Shown: piece after piece, positions 51,608 to 64,000 of the stretch
Position numbering within the stretch: the stretch's first letter is position 1
How the letters are laid out: each line of letters begins with the position of its first letter
NCBI GenBank assembly: GCA_963816135.1
Contig: CAWFJD010000008.1
Location: 17,173-81,172 of the forward strand
DNA: 64,000 nt
Reading direction: 5' to 3'
Origin: an uncultured Chloroflexia bacterium
GTDB taxonomy: Bacteria > Chloroflexota > Limnocylindria > Limnocylindrales > CSP1-4
Position numbers and translations under genes: made by a program
Notes under the pieces: generated by a model
What the model was told of the DNA's origin: nothing
The model's database searches: none
What the model saw: only the letters and a program-made list of their open reading frames with translations

Positions 51608-52529
51608 CTAGAGACGAGCGGTCGCGGCGCGGAGCTCGCCGACGAGCTTGGACAGCGAGGCGAGGTTGCGGCCGTCCGGGCCAAGCGCATCCACGAGGGC
51701 CGAGGCGACGATGACGCCGTCGGCGCCGGCTTCGACGAGCATTCGGACGTGAGCCGGCTGGCTCACGCCGAAACCGACGGCGACCGGGACCGGCGAGTCC
51801 ACCCGGGCAGCGGCCACGAGGCCCGCCACGGAGGGCGGCAGCGAGGTCCTGGCGCCCGTGACCCCGACGAGCGAGACGCAATACAGAAAGCCGGCCGATC
51901 GAGCGGCGACTTCGCGGCGGCGATCGGGCGTCGTCGTGGGGGCAATGAGATAGACGACCGCCAGGCCCACATCCGCGGCTACGGCTTCGAAGCGAGCGCC
52001 TTCGTCCGGCGTCAGATCGGCGACGATCACGCCGCTGGCGCCGGCCTCGGCCAGGCGCGAGGCCACCGCTCGGCCGTCGCCACCGCCGATGATCTGATTG
52101 GCGTAGCACATGGGCACGAGAGGCGTGTTTGGGCGGGCCGCCGAGATGGCCCGGATCAGCTCCACGGATCCGGTCAACGTTGCCCCGGCCCTCAGCGCGG
52201 CCGACGTCGCCCGCTGGAGCGTGGCGCCGTCGGCCAGGGGATCGGAATAGGGCAATCCGACTTCGAGCAGAGTCCGCGCCCGCATCGATGGCCGCGAGCG
52301 CGATGGCCAGCGACGTGTCGTGGTCGGGAAAGCCGGCGACGACGTACGGGATGAGTGCCGCTCGCTTCTCGGCAGCGGCCGCCGCGAAGGCCGTGGCGAT
52401 GCGACGGGCGCCGAGCGTGGCTGTCGTCATCGAGACGCTTATGGCAGGCAAGGGAGGTGCGGCCGCGCCCGTTGGGGTTGGCGCGGCCGCGCCATGGGTT
52501 GTGGCGGCCGAATCGGCAGCTGCCTTCAT
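51608..52529 (-). CDS. trpA: Tryptophan synthase alpha chain (indel near 52280)
   Basis: [49 protein letters not shown]; AGGAGG RBS. Confidence 0.93.
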
Positions 52530-52602
52530 CGGGTCGCCTCCTGTGTTCCGTCGGTTCGAACCACCTCCTGAGCTGACGCGGCCCCGCCTGCCTCGCGCAG
52601 GC

Positions 52603-55610
<3,008 letters not shown>

Positions 55611-55614
<4 letters not shown>

Positions 55615-56694
55615 GCCCTGACTCCCGTGAGTCCGGTCGCCTGGGCTGCGGCCGCGGCCGCCTCGCGGGCCGCCTCCCGTGCCTGCTTCTCGGTCCGCAG
55701 CCGCCCCAGCAGCCGCGCGGCCGCTCCGCTGTCGATCGCCTCCGCCGCCAGGGAGATTCCGTGGCGAAGGTCTTCCGCGCGGCCCGCGGCCATGAACGCC
55801 GCCGCCGCGTTCAGGAGCACCACGTCGCGGCGTGGACCAGTTTCGCTACCGGCCAGCACCGATTCCACGATCCGGGCGTTGTCCATTGCGTTGCCGCCGA
55901 CCAGGGCCGAAACCGGCGCCGCCGTCAGGCCGAGTTCCGTGGCCACGACCTCATGGCGGGTGACGCCCATCGGTCGCACGTCGTAGAGAACGCCGCGGCC
56001 GTCGAGCGGCAGCTCGTCGAGCCCGTCGCCATGGACGACGAGAGCGCGCTCGGCGCCCAGAAGCCGCAGCACTTCGGCGAGCTTCGGCGCCGCACGCCGC
56101 GGCGCCCACTCCGACCACCTGCCGGCGCGCTCCGGCGGGGTTCGTGATCGGGCCGAGCAGGTTGAAGGCCGTTCGGACGCCGATCTCCTTGCGGGTCGGG
56201 CCGGCGTGCTTCATGGCCGGGTGATAGGCCATCGCGAACAGAAAGGCGAAGTTATCGGCCCGCAGCGCCTCGCCGGCTTCCTTTGGCGAGAGGTCCGTGG
56301 AAATGCCCAAAGCCTCGAGGACGTCGGCCGATCCGCACGCGGAGGTCATCGCCCGGTTGCCGTGCTTGGCCACGGGTATGCCCGCCGAAGCCACGACCAG
56401 GGCCGCGGCCGTCGAGATGTTGAAGGTGTTGCTGCCGTCGCCGCCGGTGCCGCAAGTGTCGATGGCGCCTTCCGGAGCCTCGACCCGGAGGACTCGCTCG
56501 CGCATCGCCGCCGCGAAGCCGGCCAGCTCCTCAACGGTCTCGCCGCGCATGCGGAGCGCGACCAGGAGCGCCGCGAGCTGAGCGGCCGTCGCTTCGCCGT
56601 CCATCACGGAGCCCATCGCGAGACGGGCTTCCTCCATCGTCAGCGTCCTGCCCTCGACCACGGTCGAGAGCGCGCCTCGAACCACGGCACTCAT
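55611..56694 (-). CDS. trpD: Anthranilate phosphoribosyltransferase (indel near 56095)
   Basis: DTCGTGGDG, NIST, KHGNR, GSAD, RTAFNLLGP, VHGDGLDE, LNAAAA. Confidence 0.95.
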
Positions 56695-57464
56695 CGCCCT
56701 GCCTCCACGCGGCCTGCGGCCGCCACTTCTGCCCGCGCCTCTTCTGTCCGCGCCGCTTCTGTCCGCGCCTCTTCTGCCCGGGCCTCCAGGTCGGCGGCCG
56801 GGCCGGTCATCTCGCCCATGCCCGACAGCGCGAACGAGCCGGCGGCCTGGTCGAGCAGGATCGCGTCGCCCTCACCTGCCTGCCTCATGAAGTTAGCCAG
56901 CAGGTGCGGGCCCTGCGGAGTGAGCACGGATTCGGGGTGGAACTGGACGCCCTCCACCGGAGCGTGGAGGTGGCGGATGCCCATCACCACGTAATCGCCC
57001 TCCGTCCGAGCCGTGACCACGAAATCGGCCGGCAGCGTGTCCGGAGCCACGCTCAGCGAGTGGTATCGGGCAGCCATGAACGGCATCGGCATGCCGGCGA
57101 GTAGCCCGCGCTGGTCGTGGCGGATGCTCGACGCCTCGCCGTGGACGAGGGTCGGGGCCCGGCGGATCGTGGCGCCAAAGGCCTGGGCCATGGCCTGCAT
57201 GCCCAGGCACACGCCAAGGGTTGGGATCCGTCGCTCAACTCCGACGCGGATGGCATCCATCGATACGCCCGCCGAGTCCGGATCGCCAGGCCCGGGCGAG
57301 ACGACGATGCCTCGCAGGTTCGCCGCGGGATCGGACGCGAGGGCTTCGATGCCCGCCCGGTCGATGGCGTCGTTGCGGATCACCCTGACGTCCGCCCCGG
57401 CCGCCTCCATGGCCTGCACGAGGTTGAACGTAAACGAGTCGTAGTTGTCGATCATCAGGATCAT
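56691..57464 (-). CDS. trpG: Anthranilate synthase component II (glutamine amidotransferase); alternative in-frame start at 57578
   Basis: MILMIDNYDSFTFNL, SPGPG, GVCLG, RYHSL, QFHPES. Confidence 0.95.
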   Translation of the reverse strand: MILMIDNYDSFTFNLVQAMEAAGADVRVIRNDAIDRAGIEALASDPAANLRGIVVSPGPGDPDSAGVSMDAIRVGVERRIPTLGVCLGMQAMAQAFGATIRRAPTLVHGEASSIRHDQRGLLAGMPMPFMAARYHSLSVAPDTLPADFVVTARTEGDYVVMGIRHLHAPVEGVQFHPESVLTPQGPHLLANFMRQAGEGDAILLDQAAGSFALSGMGEMTGPAADLEARAEEARTEAARTEEARAEVAAAGRVEAGR

Positions 57465-57590
57465 CGGAGACTCTCCGGTGGGACGCTGGCGGCAGATGGA
57501 AGCCTGCGCACGAGCGGTTGCGGAGCAACCGCCAAAGCGAACCCGAAGGGTTCGCTCGTTGTCGATCATCAAGATCATCGGGAAATCTCC
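57444..57590. repeat. 33-bp imperfect direct repeat of the trpG RBS/start flanking an 81-bp two-hairpin insert
   Basis: gttgtcgatcatca(g/a)gatcatcgg...tctcc at 57444-57476 and 57558-57590. Confidence 0.85.
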
Positions 57591-59355
57591 ACAGGGCGCC
57601 TGCTGCGGCGGCTTCGGAGGCGGTCCCACTCCCGGCATCGCCGAAGGAGGAGGACGATGCGGCCGCGGAAACCGCCTCCGTCACTGCCTGTTCCAGGGCC
57701 CTCCTGATGGCCCCGGCTTTGTGTTCGGTTTCTTCGAATTCGCGTTCTGGCACCGAGCCGGCCACGATGCCCGCGCCGACGGTGAGATGGATCCGGTCGG
57801 CGGTCATGACCGCGGAGCGGATGGTGATGGCGGTATCGAGGTTGCCGTCGTAGCCGAGATAGCCCACGGCGCCGCCGTACAGGCCGCGCCGCTCCTTCTC
57901 CGCTTCGGCGATGAGCTGCATTGCCCGGACCTTGGGAGCGCCGGAGAGGGTCCCGGCCGGGAAGATGCTCCGGAGCGCGTCCAGGGCGTCGCAGCCGGGC
58001 TTGAGTCGGGCTTCCACGTTGCTCACGAGATGGAGCACGTGGCTGTACTTCTCGACTTCCATGTACTTGGTCACGGCGACGGTTCCGGCTCGGGCCACGC
58101 GGCCGAGGTCGTTGCGGCCCAGATCGACGAGCATCACGTGCTCGGCGCGCTCCTTGGGATCGTTGCTGAGCTGGTAGGCGAGCTGGTCGTCCTCGAGCGG
58201 GGTCGCGCCGCGCGGCCGGGTGCCCGCGATCGGGTGCGTGGCGATGCGATCGCCTTCGACTCGGACGAGGAGCTCCGGGCTCGCGCCCACGACGGTGAAC
58301 TCGGGCATCCGAACGAAGAACAGATACGGGCTCGGGTTGATGCGTCGCAGCGAGCGGTACATGTCCACGGCGTCGAGGGGAGTGGTCGTACCCGCCACTC
58401 CCCGGAGCATCGGCCGCTCGAAGGTCTGCCGGCGCGCGACGACGATCTGGATGCACTCGCCGGAGGCGATCGCTTCCTTCGCATCCCTCACGGCGGACTC
58501 GTACTCGCCACGTTCGAGGCTGACGTCGATGGGCTCCAGGCGGCCGCCGTGATTCCGTTCGGTCCCGCCGGCAACGCCGGTCCGGCCGGCTCCATCGCCA
58601 GGCCGGGCATCGTCCGGGCTTTGGGCGGCGAAGGCCGCACCGTCGCGATCGCCCGCTCGGTCCCCCGCCGGAGCGTGGCTTCGTCTCGTCAGGCCCGCCA
58701 GTTCGATCTCCGTCGGCCGACCGGTTCGTTCGAGAGCATCGAAGATCGCGCGCTCGGCGATGCGATAGCGGCCCTCCAGATCGGGCGCCTCCGTGTGGAG
58801 CGACGCAACGGCCGAGAGCGTGTGGGTCAGGTGGTCGAAGACGAGGACGAGGTCCGTCTCCTGGAAGGCGGCCATCGGGACGCCGATCGGGTCGCGATCC
58901 GGCAGAGGAACCGTGGGCTCGAACATGGAGACGGCGTCGTAGGCGACCGCGCCGACTGCCCCGCCCGGGAAACGCGGAATGTTCGTTGTCGGGGCGATGC
59001 GCCGCTTCGGGATGAATCGCCGGAGGGCTTCGAGCGGATCGGCGACCTCGAACGACTCCGTGGGCAGGTCGGGGCCAAAGTCGTCGACACTCACGGGCCG
59101 CGTCTGGATCGTGGCCGTGTGGCCCCGGACCGTCAGCAGGCGGCGCGGGCCGACGCCCAGGAAGCTGTACCGGCCCAGGCGCTCGCCGCCTTCGACGGAT
59201 TCGAGAAGGAAGGCCGGACCGCCGTCGTCGAAACGCATGAACGCCCCGATCGGCGTTTCGAGGTCGGCATTGCGCGTGGCAGTCAGCAGGATGGTGTCGG
59301 CCGAACCCGCGAGCTGCCGGACCTCCTTGAGACTGAGCGGATCGCTGATCGCCAT
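57575..59355 (-). CDS. trpE: Anthranilate synthase component I (3' end uncertain)
   Basis: ADLETP, FLLESVEGGERLGRYS, NPSPY, GASPE, PIAGTRPRG, AEHVMLVDLGRND, PAGTLSGAPK. Confidence 0.95.
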
Positions 59356-59434
59356 GTTCGCTGCCTTGCCTTTCGTGGTTGCCGCTGTCCCCTCGGACCG
59401 CGATCTCGGTGCTTCCCCGAGGACCGCCGGAGAA

Positions 59435-59725
59435 TCAAAGAGACCCTTCGTCCTGGGACGAAAGGTCTGATCCTTCCGCGGTGCCACCCACATTCGGCTT
59501 GGCCGCTCTTTGGCCGACGCGGAGCTCACGATCTCGCGTGGTCTCCTGAATCGGTGCTGCCCTTTATCGCTGGCGCTTTGCGCCGGAGCCTACTACCGAG
59601 CCCTGGAAGCCCTGGTTTTGGTCCGGAGGCTCACGGGTCCATTCCTTCTCGTCGCCGCCCCAGCTTGCACCAACCGCTGGTTCTCTACGCCGGCGCCGGG
59701 AAGTACTCGTCCCGATCACAGCCCG
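59435..59725 (-). promoter_or_regulatory. Trp-specific T-box riboswitch
   Basis: Stem I with AGAGA and GGTGCAA motifs, specifier GAA-TGG-A (UGG at 59639-59641), T-box TGGGTGGCACCGCG (59477-59490), terminator AGACCTTTCGTCC-C-AGGACGAAGGGTCTCTTT. Confidence 0.92.
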
Positions 59726-59743
59726 TGTTCGTATGTGGCGCGG

Positions 59744-59773
59744 AGTCTAGGGTGAGTTGCTGCACGCTGTCAA
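59744..59773 (-). promoter_or_regulatory. trp operon promoter
   Basis: TTGACA-18 bp-TAGACT on the minus strand. Confidence 0.7.
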
Positions 59774-59823
59774 ATGGCGTGCCGGCGTAAGCACGAGAGA
59801 GTCGTTGACCGAGCCACGGGTGG

Positions 59824-61083
59824 TCAGCGCCCCGGTGCTGCCGTACCGACTCCGCCCGGGCTGGCCAGCGAGACAGTGATCTCCGTGGGCCCGCTTGACG
59901 TGGCGAGCACGACACGTCCGCCGAAGGCCGCCATCGAATTCATGTACGGCAGGTACCCAGGCGCGGCACCGAGGAGCCGCCAGCTCGAGCCGTCGCTGGA
60001 AACCCAGGCGCTCGGCGGCACCAGCGGAGGCTGCGTCGGACTGCCTGGTTCTGTGTCCGTGTTTCCCACGTGACTCTGGCCAATGGCAACAATGGTCCCT
60101 CCGACTACCGTCGCGGAGTCAAACGACGCGCCCACGCCGCTCACTGGCGGATCGGATTCCGTCCAGGAAATGGCGTCGGGCGACGACCATGACGCGGGGA
60201 CCATTCCGAGGCTGGTGTCCTTCCGGGAACCCAGCACCACGAGCCGCCCGGGCACCTCGACGATCGAAGCGCCACTCAAGCCAGGGACAGTCGCGGCACG
60301 GTGCCACACGATCCCATCGGGCGAGGTCCAGACCGCGTACTCCGGATCCTTCGCCTGACTCCCGAGAGCGGCGAACCCATTTCCCCAGGTAGTCATCGAC
60401 CGGGCCTGGTAGCCATCTGAGCCCGGAAGATCCACACGTGTCCAGGAGCGGCCATCCGTGGAATGCCAGGCATCGAGGGAGCGAACCTCTCCTGCGCTCT
60501 TGTCTAGACTCAAGAAATCGTGATCGCCGAGAGCGGCCAGCCGCCCCGCGTGGCCCGCAACGGCCACTATCTCGCCTGAGCCGCCGCCAATGCCACCGGC
60601 GCCGGGCCCAAGGGCCAGCTTGGACAGGTCCACCTGCGCCCTGGTGAACGTGTGGCCGTCGGGCGCCAACCAGATCTGCGGAATGACCGACTCGGACGGC
60701 GTCAACTCGCCGACGACGATCAGGCCGCCGGATCCATCGCCGATGGCCTGGCGCGACACGAAATCGTTCTCGATCCCGGAAACGGCGAGCCGCTCCCAGA
60801 TCAGCCCATCGGAGGAGGACCGGACTTCCAACGTGCGGCTGCCTTGTTGGCCGCCGCTGCCGAGGACGAAGAGGCGGGCTCCGGACGTCGCGAGGAGAGG
60901 CGACAGGCTGGATGCCATCGCGATGCGGGTTGAGTGCCAGGTGAGGGCCGCGGCATCCGTCGCTCCCGGGCCCTGGACCGCGGCCGGCGCCCGATTCAGC
61001 GCCGCCATCAGGAGCGCCACCATGAGAATTGCCGTCGCGGCAAGGCCCGCGACCGCCGATGCCTGCCGTCCCCTCCGGCCCAT
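59824..61083 (-). CDS. Exported hypothetical protein with repeated WxSxDG (Asp-box/BNR-like beta-propeller) motifs
   Basis: Signal/TM segment; SSSDGLIW, WHSTDGRSW, WTSPDGIVW, WSSPDAISW, WVSSDGSSW. Confidence 0.78.
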   Translation of the reverse strand: MGRRGRQASAVAGLAATAILMVALLMAALNRAPAAVQGPGATDAAALTWHSTRIAMASSLSPLLATSGARLFVLGSGGQQGSRTLEVRSSSDGLIWERLAVSGIENDFVSRQAIGDGSGGLIVVGELTPSESVIPQIWLAPDGHTFTRAQVDLSKLALGPGAGGIGGGSGEIVAVAGHAGRLAALGDHDFLSLDKSAGEVRSLDAWHSTDGRSWTRVDLPGSDGYQARSMTTWGNGFAALGSQAKDPEYAVWTSPDGIVWHRAATVPGLSGASIVEVPGRLVVLGSRKDTSLGMVPASWSSPDAISWTESDPPVSGVGASFDSATVVGGTIVAIGQSHVGNTDTEPGSPTQPPLVPPSAWVSSDGSSWRLLGAAPGYLPYMNSMAAFGGRVVLATSSGPTEITVSLASPGGVGTAAPGR

Positions 61084-61237
61084 GACGCTCCCTCCCGATC
61101 GCCAGCGGTTCCGTGCTCGCCGAGGCGACGCGTTGTCGTGGCGAGCCCCTCGGAGAGAGTACGCCGCCTGAGGGTCGCCGGTTCATTCCTGGCCGCAGCC
61201 TAAGGCCCGGCCGCAATAGGTGCTCGGCGGGCCGAAC

Positions 61238-62101
61238 CTAGACGACGCCGAAAGCTCTGGCCAGAGCGTCGTACATGACCTTCACCGGGGCATCGAGACC
61301 GGTCCAGAGCTTGAACCCGATGGCGCCTTGATAGACGAGCATCCCGAGGCCATGGACAGGCTGGGCGCCGCGTTCCCGGGCCGCGTCCAGGAAGGGAGTG
61401 GCGGGCGCGGGGATCACGTCGCAGACGATCATCCCTGGCCGGATGGTCGCGTAGTCGACGTCGGGCCGCTCCCGGTCCGCGGGCGGAAGCCCGATCGACG
61501 TTGCGTTGACCAGGATGTCCGTGCCGGACGGAATTGGATGAGAGCCCTGCCAGAGCGTGAACGTCGGCTCAACTGGCGTCTTGGCCGCGAGCAGCCGCGC
61601 GAGCTCCTCGCCGCGACGCGCCGATCGATTGACCACGCTCAGGGTCGCCGCGCCGGCCAGCGCCAGCTCCACGGAGATCGCCCGGGCCGCCCCGCCAGCA
61701 CCGAGGATCACCACGTGTTTGCCGTGCGGATCGACGCCGGCGTCCTGGCCCAGGGCGGTCATGAAGCCCTTGCCGTCGGTGTTCTCGCCGATCAGCCGGT
61801 CGCCGTTGCGGATGACCGTGTTGACCGCCCCCATGAGCGCGGCGGCGGGCCGCACCTCATCGAGGTATTGGAGAACGGCCACCTTGTGCGGAATCGTCAG
61901 GTTGACGCCCCGCATATTGAACGCCCGCATCCCCCTCATCGCCGCCTCGAGATCCTCGGGCAGAACCTCGACCGTCAGGTATCGCCAGTTGAGGCCGAGA
62001 TGCGCGAAGGCGGCCTCGAGCATGACCACGGTGGGGTTCTCGGCGACCGGGTGCCCGAAGACCCCGACCAGCTCGGCCTTGTAGTTGGCTGCGTCCGCCA
62101 T
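61238..62101 (-). CDS. Shikimate dehydrogenase family paralogue
   Basis: [42 protein letters not shown]. Confidence 0.9.
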   Translation of the reverse strand: MADAANYKAELVGVFGHPVAENPTVVMLEAAFAHLGLNWRYLTVEVLPEDLEAAMRGMRAFNMRGVNLTIPHKVAVLQYLDEVRPAAALMGAVNTVIRNGDRLIGENTDGKGFMTALGQDAGVDPHGKHVVILGAGGAARAISVELALAGAATLSVVNRSARRGEELARLLAAKTPVEPTFTLWQGSHPIPSGTDILVNATSIGLPPADRERPDVDYATIRPGMIVCDVIPAPATPFLDAARERGAQPVHGLGMLVYQGAIGFKLWTGLDAPVKVMYDALARAFGVV

Positions 62102-62172
62102 GTCGGCCTCCCGCGACTGCTCGGCCCCTGCCTCGGGCCTCCGCGCCGGCCTCGGCCCGGCCGAGAGCCGGC

Positions 62173-63147
62173 CTACCAGTACTCCTCGGTGTGGATCGTG
62201 CCGATGTCGTGGCCCTTGTCTCGCGTGAAGCCCCGGGCCTCAGCCCACGAAATGACCGTCTCGATCATCCCTGGGTTGCCGCACAGGAAGATGTCGAAGT
62301 TGTCCGGCGTGATCGCGAGGCCGGTCTCCTCCTCGATCGCACTCGAGGCGATGACGTTCTGGAGGTAGCCGCTGCGGCCCTTCCAGGTTACGTCCTCCTG
62401 CGGCCGGGTGATGACCGGCATGTAGACGAAGTTGCCGCAGTGCCTGGCGAGACCGATCAGTTCCGTCCGGTACCCGAGATCCCAGGAGAAGCGGGCGCCG
62501 TGGACGACGACGAACTTGCGAGGCCCGTTGCAGTCGAGCTCGCTGCGCAGCATGGACATGTACGGGGCCAGGCCCGTCCCGGTCCCGATCATGAGGATGT
62601 GCTTGCCCGGCGCCTTGGCCAGGGTGAAGACCCCCACGGCCTTGGGCCCGACATACAGGCGGTCCTTGATCTTGAGCTTGAACAGGCGAGGCGTAAGCTC
62701 GCCGCTCATGACGACGGTCAAGTAGAACTCGAGGTATTCGTCGGCGCGCGACTCCGAGGCGATCGAATAGGCCCGCCTGATCATCCGATCCGGATCGGCC
62801 GCCGCCTGGGCCACGGCAACGGCCTGAGCCTCGACAGCGGCGCGGCTCTCCGGCGTCCCGACGATCGCTTCGGCGACCTGTGATGCCACCCCTCCGGCTC
62901 GCGGCGAGTCGCCTTCGGCCGCGGCGACAGCGGCAAATGTGGCGGCGGGAGTGGCGACGGCGGAGACCACGGCGGGCGCCTCGCCCTCGAATTCCTCGAG
63001 GCGCGGTTCGGAGGCCTTCAGTCCCAGCACGACGTACTGGCCCGACTTGAACTCGAAGGGCAGCTTGTCCGGGACGACCCGCATGATGACCAGGCCCGGC
63101 GCGACCTCGACCCGGCTCGATACCGTCGCGTTGTATTCAGCCGCCAT
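62173..63147 (-). CDS. fpr: Ferredoxin/flavodoxin--NADP+ reductase with Ala-rich insertion
   Basis: FKSGQY, RAYSIAS, GELTPRL, GTGTGLAPY, LCGNPGM, C-terminal EEYW. Confidence 0.9.
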   Translation of the reverse strand: MAAEYNATVSSRVEVAPGLVIMRVVPDKLPFEFKSGQYVVLGLKASEPRLEEFEGEAPAVVSAVATPAATFAAVAAAEGDSPRAGGVASQVAEAIVGTPESRAAVEAQAVAVAQAAADPDRMIRRAYSIASESRADEYLEFYLTVVMSGELTPRLFKLKIKDRLYVGPKAVGVFTLAKAPGKHILMIGTGTGLAPYMSMLRSELDCNGPRKFVVVHGARFSWDLGYRTELIGLARHCGNFVYMPVITRPQEDVTWKGRSGYLQNVIASSAIEEETGLAITPDNFDIFLCGNPGMIETVISWAEARGFTRDKGHDIGTIHTEEYW

Positions 63148-63239
63148 GGAGTCCCTCCGATTGTCGAATCACCGGGCCGGCAGCACGACCGGACAGCCGC
63201 AAGGATACGAGGCGGCCAGCTTCGTGTCAGCGACTGCTT

Positions 63240-64000
63240 CTACGAGCCCGTCGGGTCCGTGGAATTGGGTGTCGGCGTAGCGCTCGGGGCCGCGGGGCTG
63301 GGCGAGAGCTGGGCCGCGGGCGACCCAGACGCGGCCGGCAAGCCGGAGGGCCCGGGGCTGGGCTGGCTCAAGCCGATGAGTTCGGCGACGGGACCCGTTC
63401 CCGCCATCACGGCCGTCAGTGCGCTCCACGGGACCAGGACGGACGGCGTCCGATCCCCTCCGACAACCTGGAACTGGTCGAACGTCACCTTCAGGCCATT
63501 GGCGGTCAGGGCCCAATTGCCGAAGTTGGCATGGGTCGGCGCCAATCCCAGGTCGGCCGCCGTCTGGTCCCACTGGGCTCCGAGCTGGACGTACAGCATG
63601 TCCGAGGCCTGGGTGGAGAGGAGCTGAAGGGCCGTCTCCGGGTCGGTGAACATGTCGTCGAAGGCGATCGGCTGGCCCGTGGCCAGGTCCAGGTTGAGCG
63701 TCGAAACGATGATCGCCAGGTGGCCGGGCACCGTGTCGTCGACCCAGGTCAGGGTGAACGCGGCGATCCGCGGAGTCAGCAGCTCCGTGACGAAGTTGCC
63801 CTGGAGCCGGTTGGTCTTGCCCGCCTGCTGCCGTGTTCCTGCCGGACCCTGTTCGAACTTGTCGGCCTGCATCCGCTCGACCGATTCGATCGTGTCGTTG
63901 ATGTCGGCCGCCCAGGGCGTGCTGCTTCCCTGGAATGCAGGGTAGGCGATCGAGACATCCCAGATTCCCCTGGGATCGTGCTCGGCCAGCCGCTTGTCCA
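63240..64000 (-). CDS. RsiV/DUF3298 (PdaC-like) exported protein, 5' end outside window
   Basis: SIAYPAF, TLNLDLATGQPIAFDDMF, NWALTANGLKVTFDQFQV, VLVPWSAL. Confidence 0.7.
   Translation of the reverse strand, partial: DKRLAEHDPRGIWDVSIAYPAFQGSSTPWAADINDTIESVERMQADKFEQGPAGTRQQAGKTNRLQGNFVTELLTPRIAAFTLTWVDDTVPGHLAIIVSTLNLDLATGQPIAFDDMFTDPETALQLLSTQASDMLYVQLGAQWDQTAADLGLAPTHANFGNWALTANGLKVTFDQFQVVGGDRTPSVLVPWSALTAVMAGTGPVAELIGLSQPSPGPSGLPAASGSPAAQLSPSPAAPSATPTPNSTDPTGS

Overview
GC-rich bacterial chromosomal window, most likely Chloroflexota (the short 16S helix-39 region and gene content suggest Limnocylindria/Ellin6529-like; this is inference). About 20 genes, several essential, are split by single-base indels, which points to uncorrected long-read errors rather than real pseudogenes. 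Left to right: a Firmicutes-style clpC-radA-yacL-ispDF-cysS-rlmB cluster, rpsA, an Fpg/Nei glycosylase, a full 16S-tRNAIle-tRNAAla-23S-5S operon, recR-ybaB-dnaX, a large SRP RNA and two tRNA-Ser. An accessory block follows (M24-like protein, vanadium haloperoxidase plus FG-GAP/ASPIC-UnbV protein, xylose-type ABC transporter with LacI regulator), then a tadA-like gene, tRNA-Ser(GCT) and tRNA-Arg(GCG), a CapA-family protein, a complete shikimate operon, a PAS-GGDEF-EAL gene, a T-box-controlled trp operon, a second shikimate dehydrogenase, FNR and a DUF3298-like gene. Top observations: (1) the TadA homologue has HAI instead of the catalytic HAE and lies 3 kb from a tRNA-Arg with anticodon GCG instead of ACG, suggesting loss of I34 editing with a retained pseudo-enzyme; (2) a 12-aa leader peptide MDTYFYFYRNPA with a terminator precedes the shikimate operon, a candidate dual Tyr/Phe attenuator; (3) an unannotated ~180-nt structured RNA candidate lies downstream of trpA; (4) a TrpC-TrpF-TrpB triple fusion; (5) a three-copy 37-bp repeat array beside 5S; (6) an ~83-nt 23S expansion segment; (7) RlmB with a ~450-aa Arg/Gly/Pro-rich N-terminal extension.
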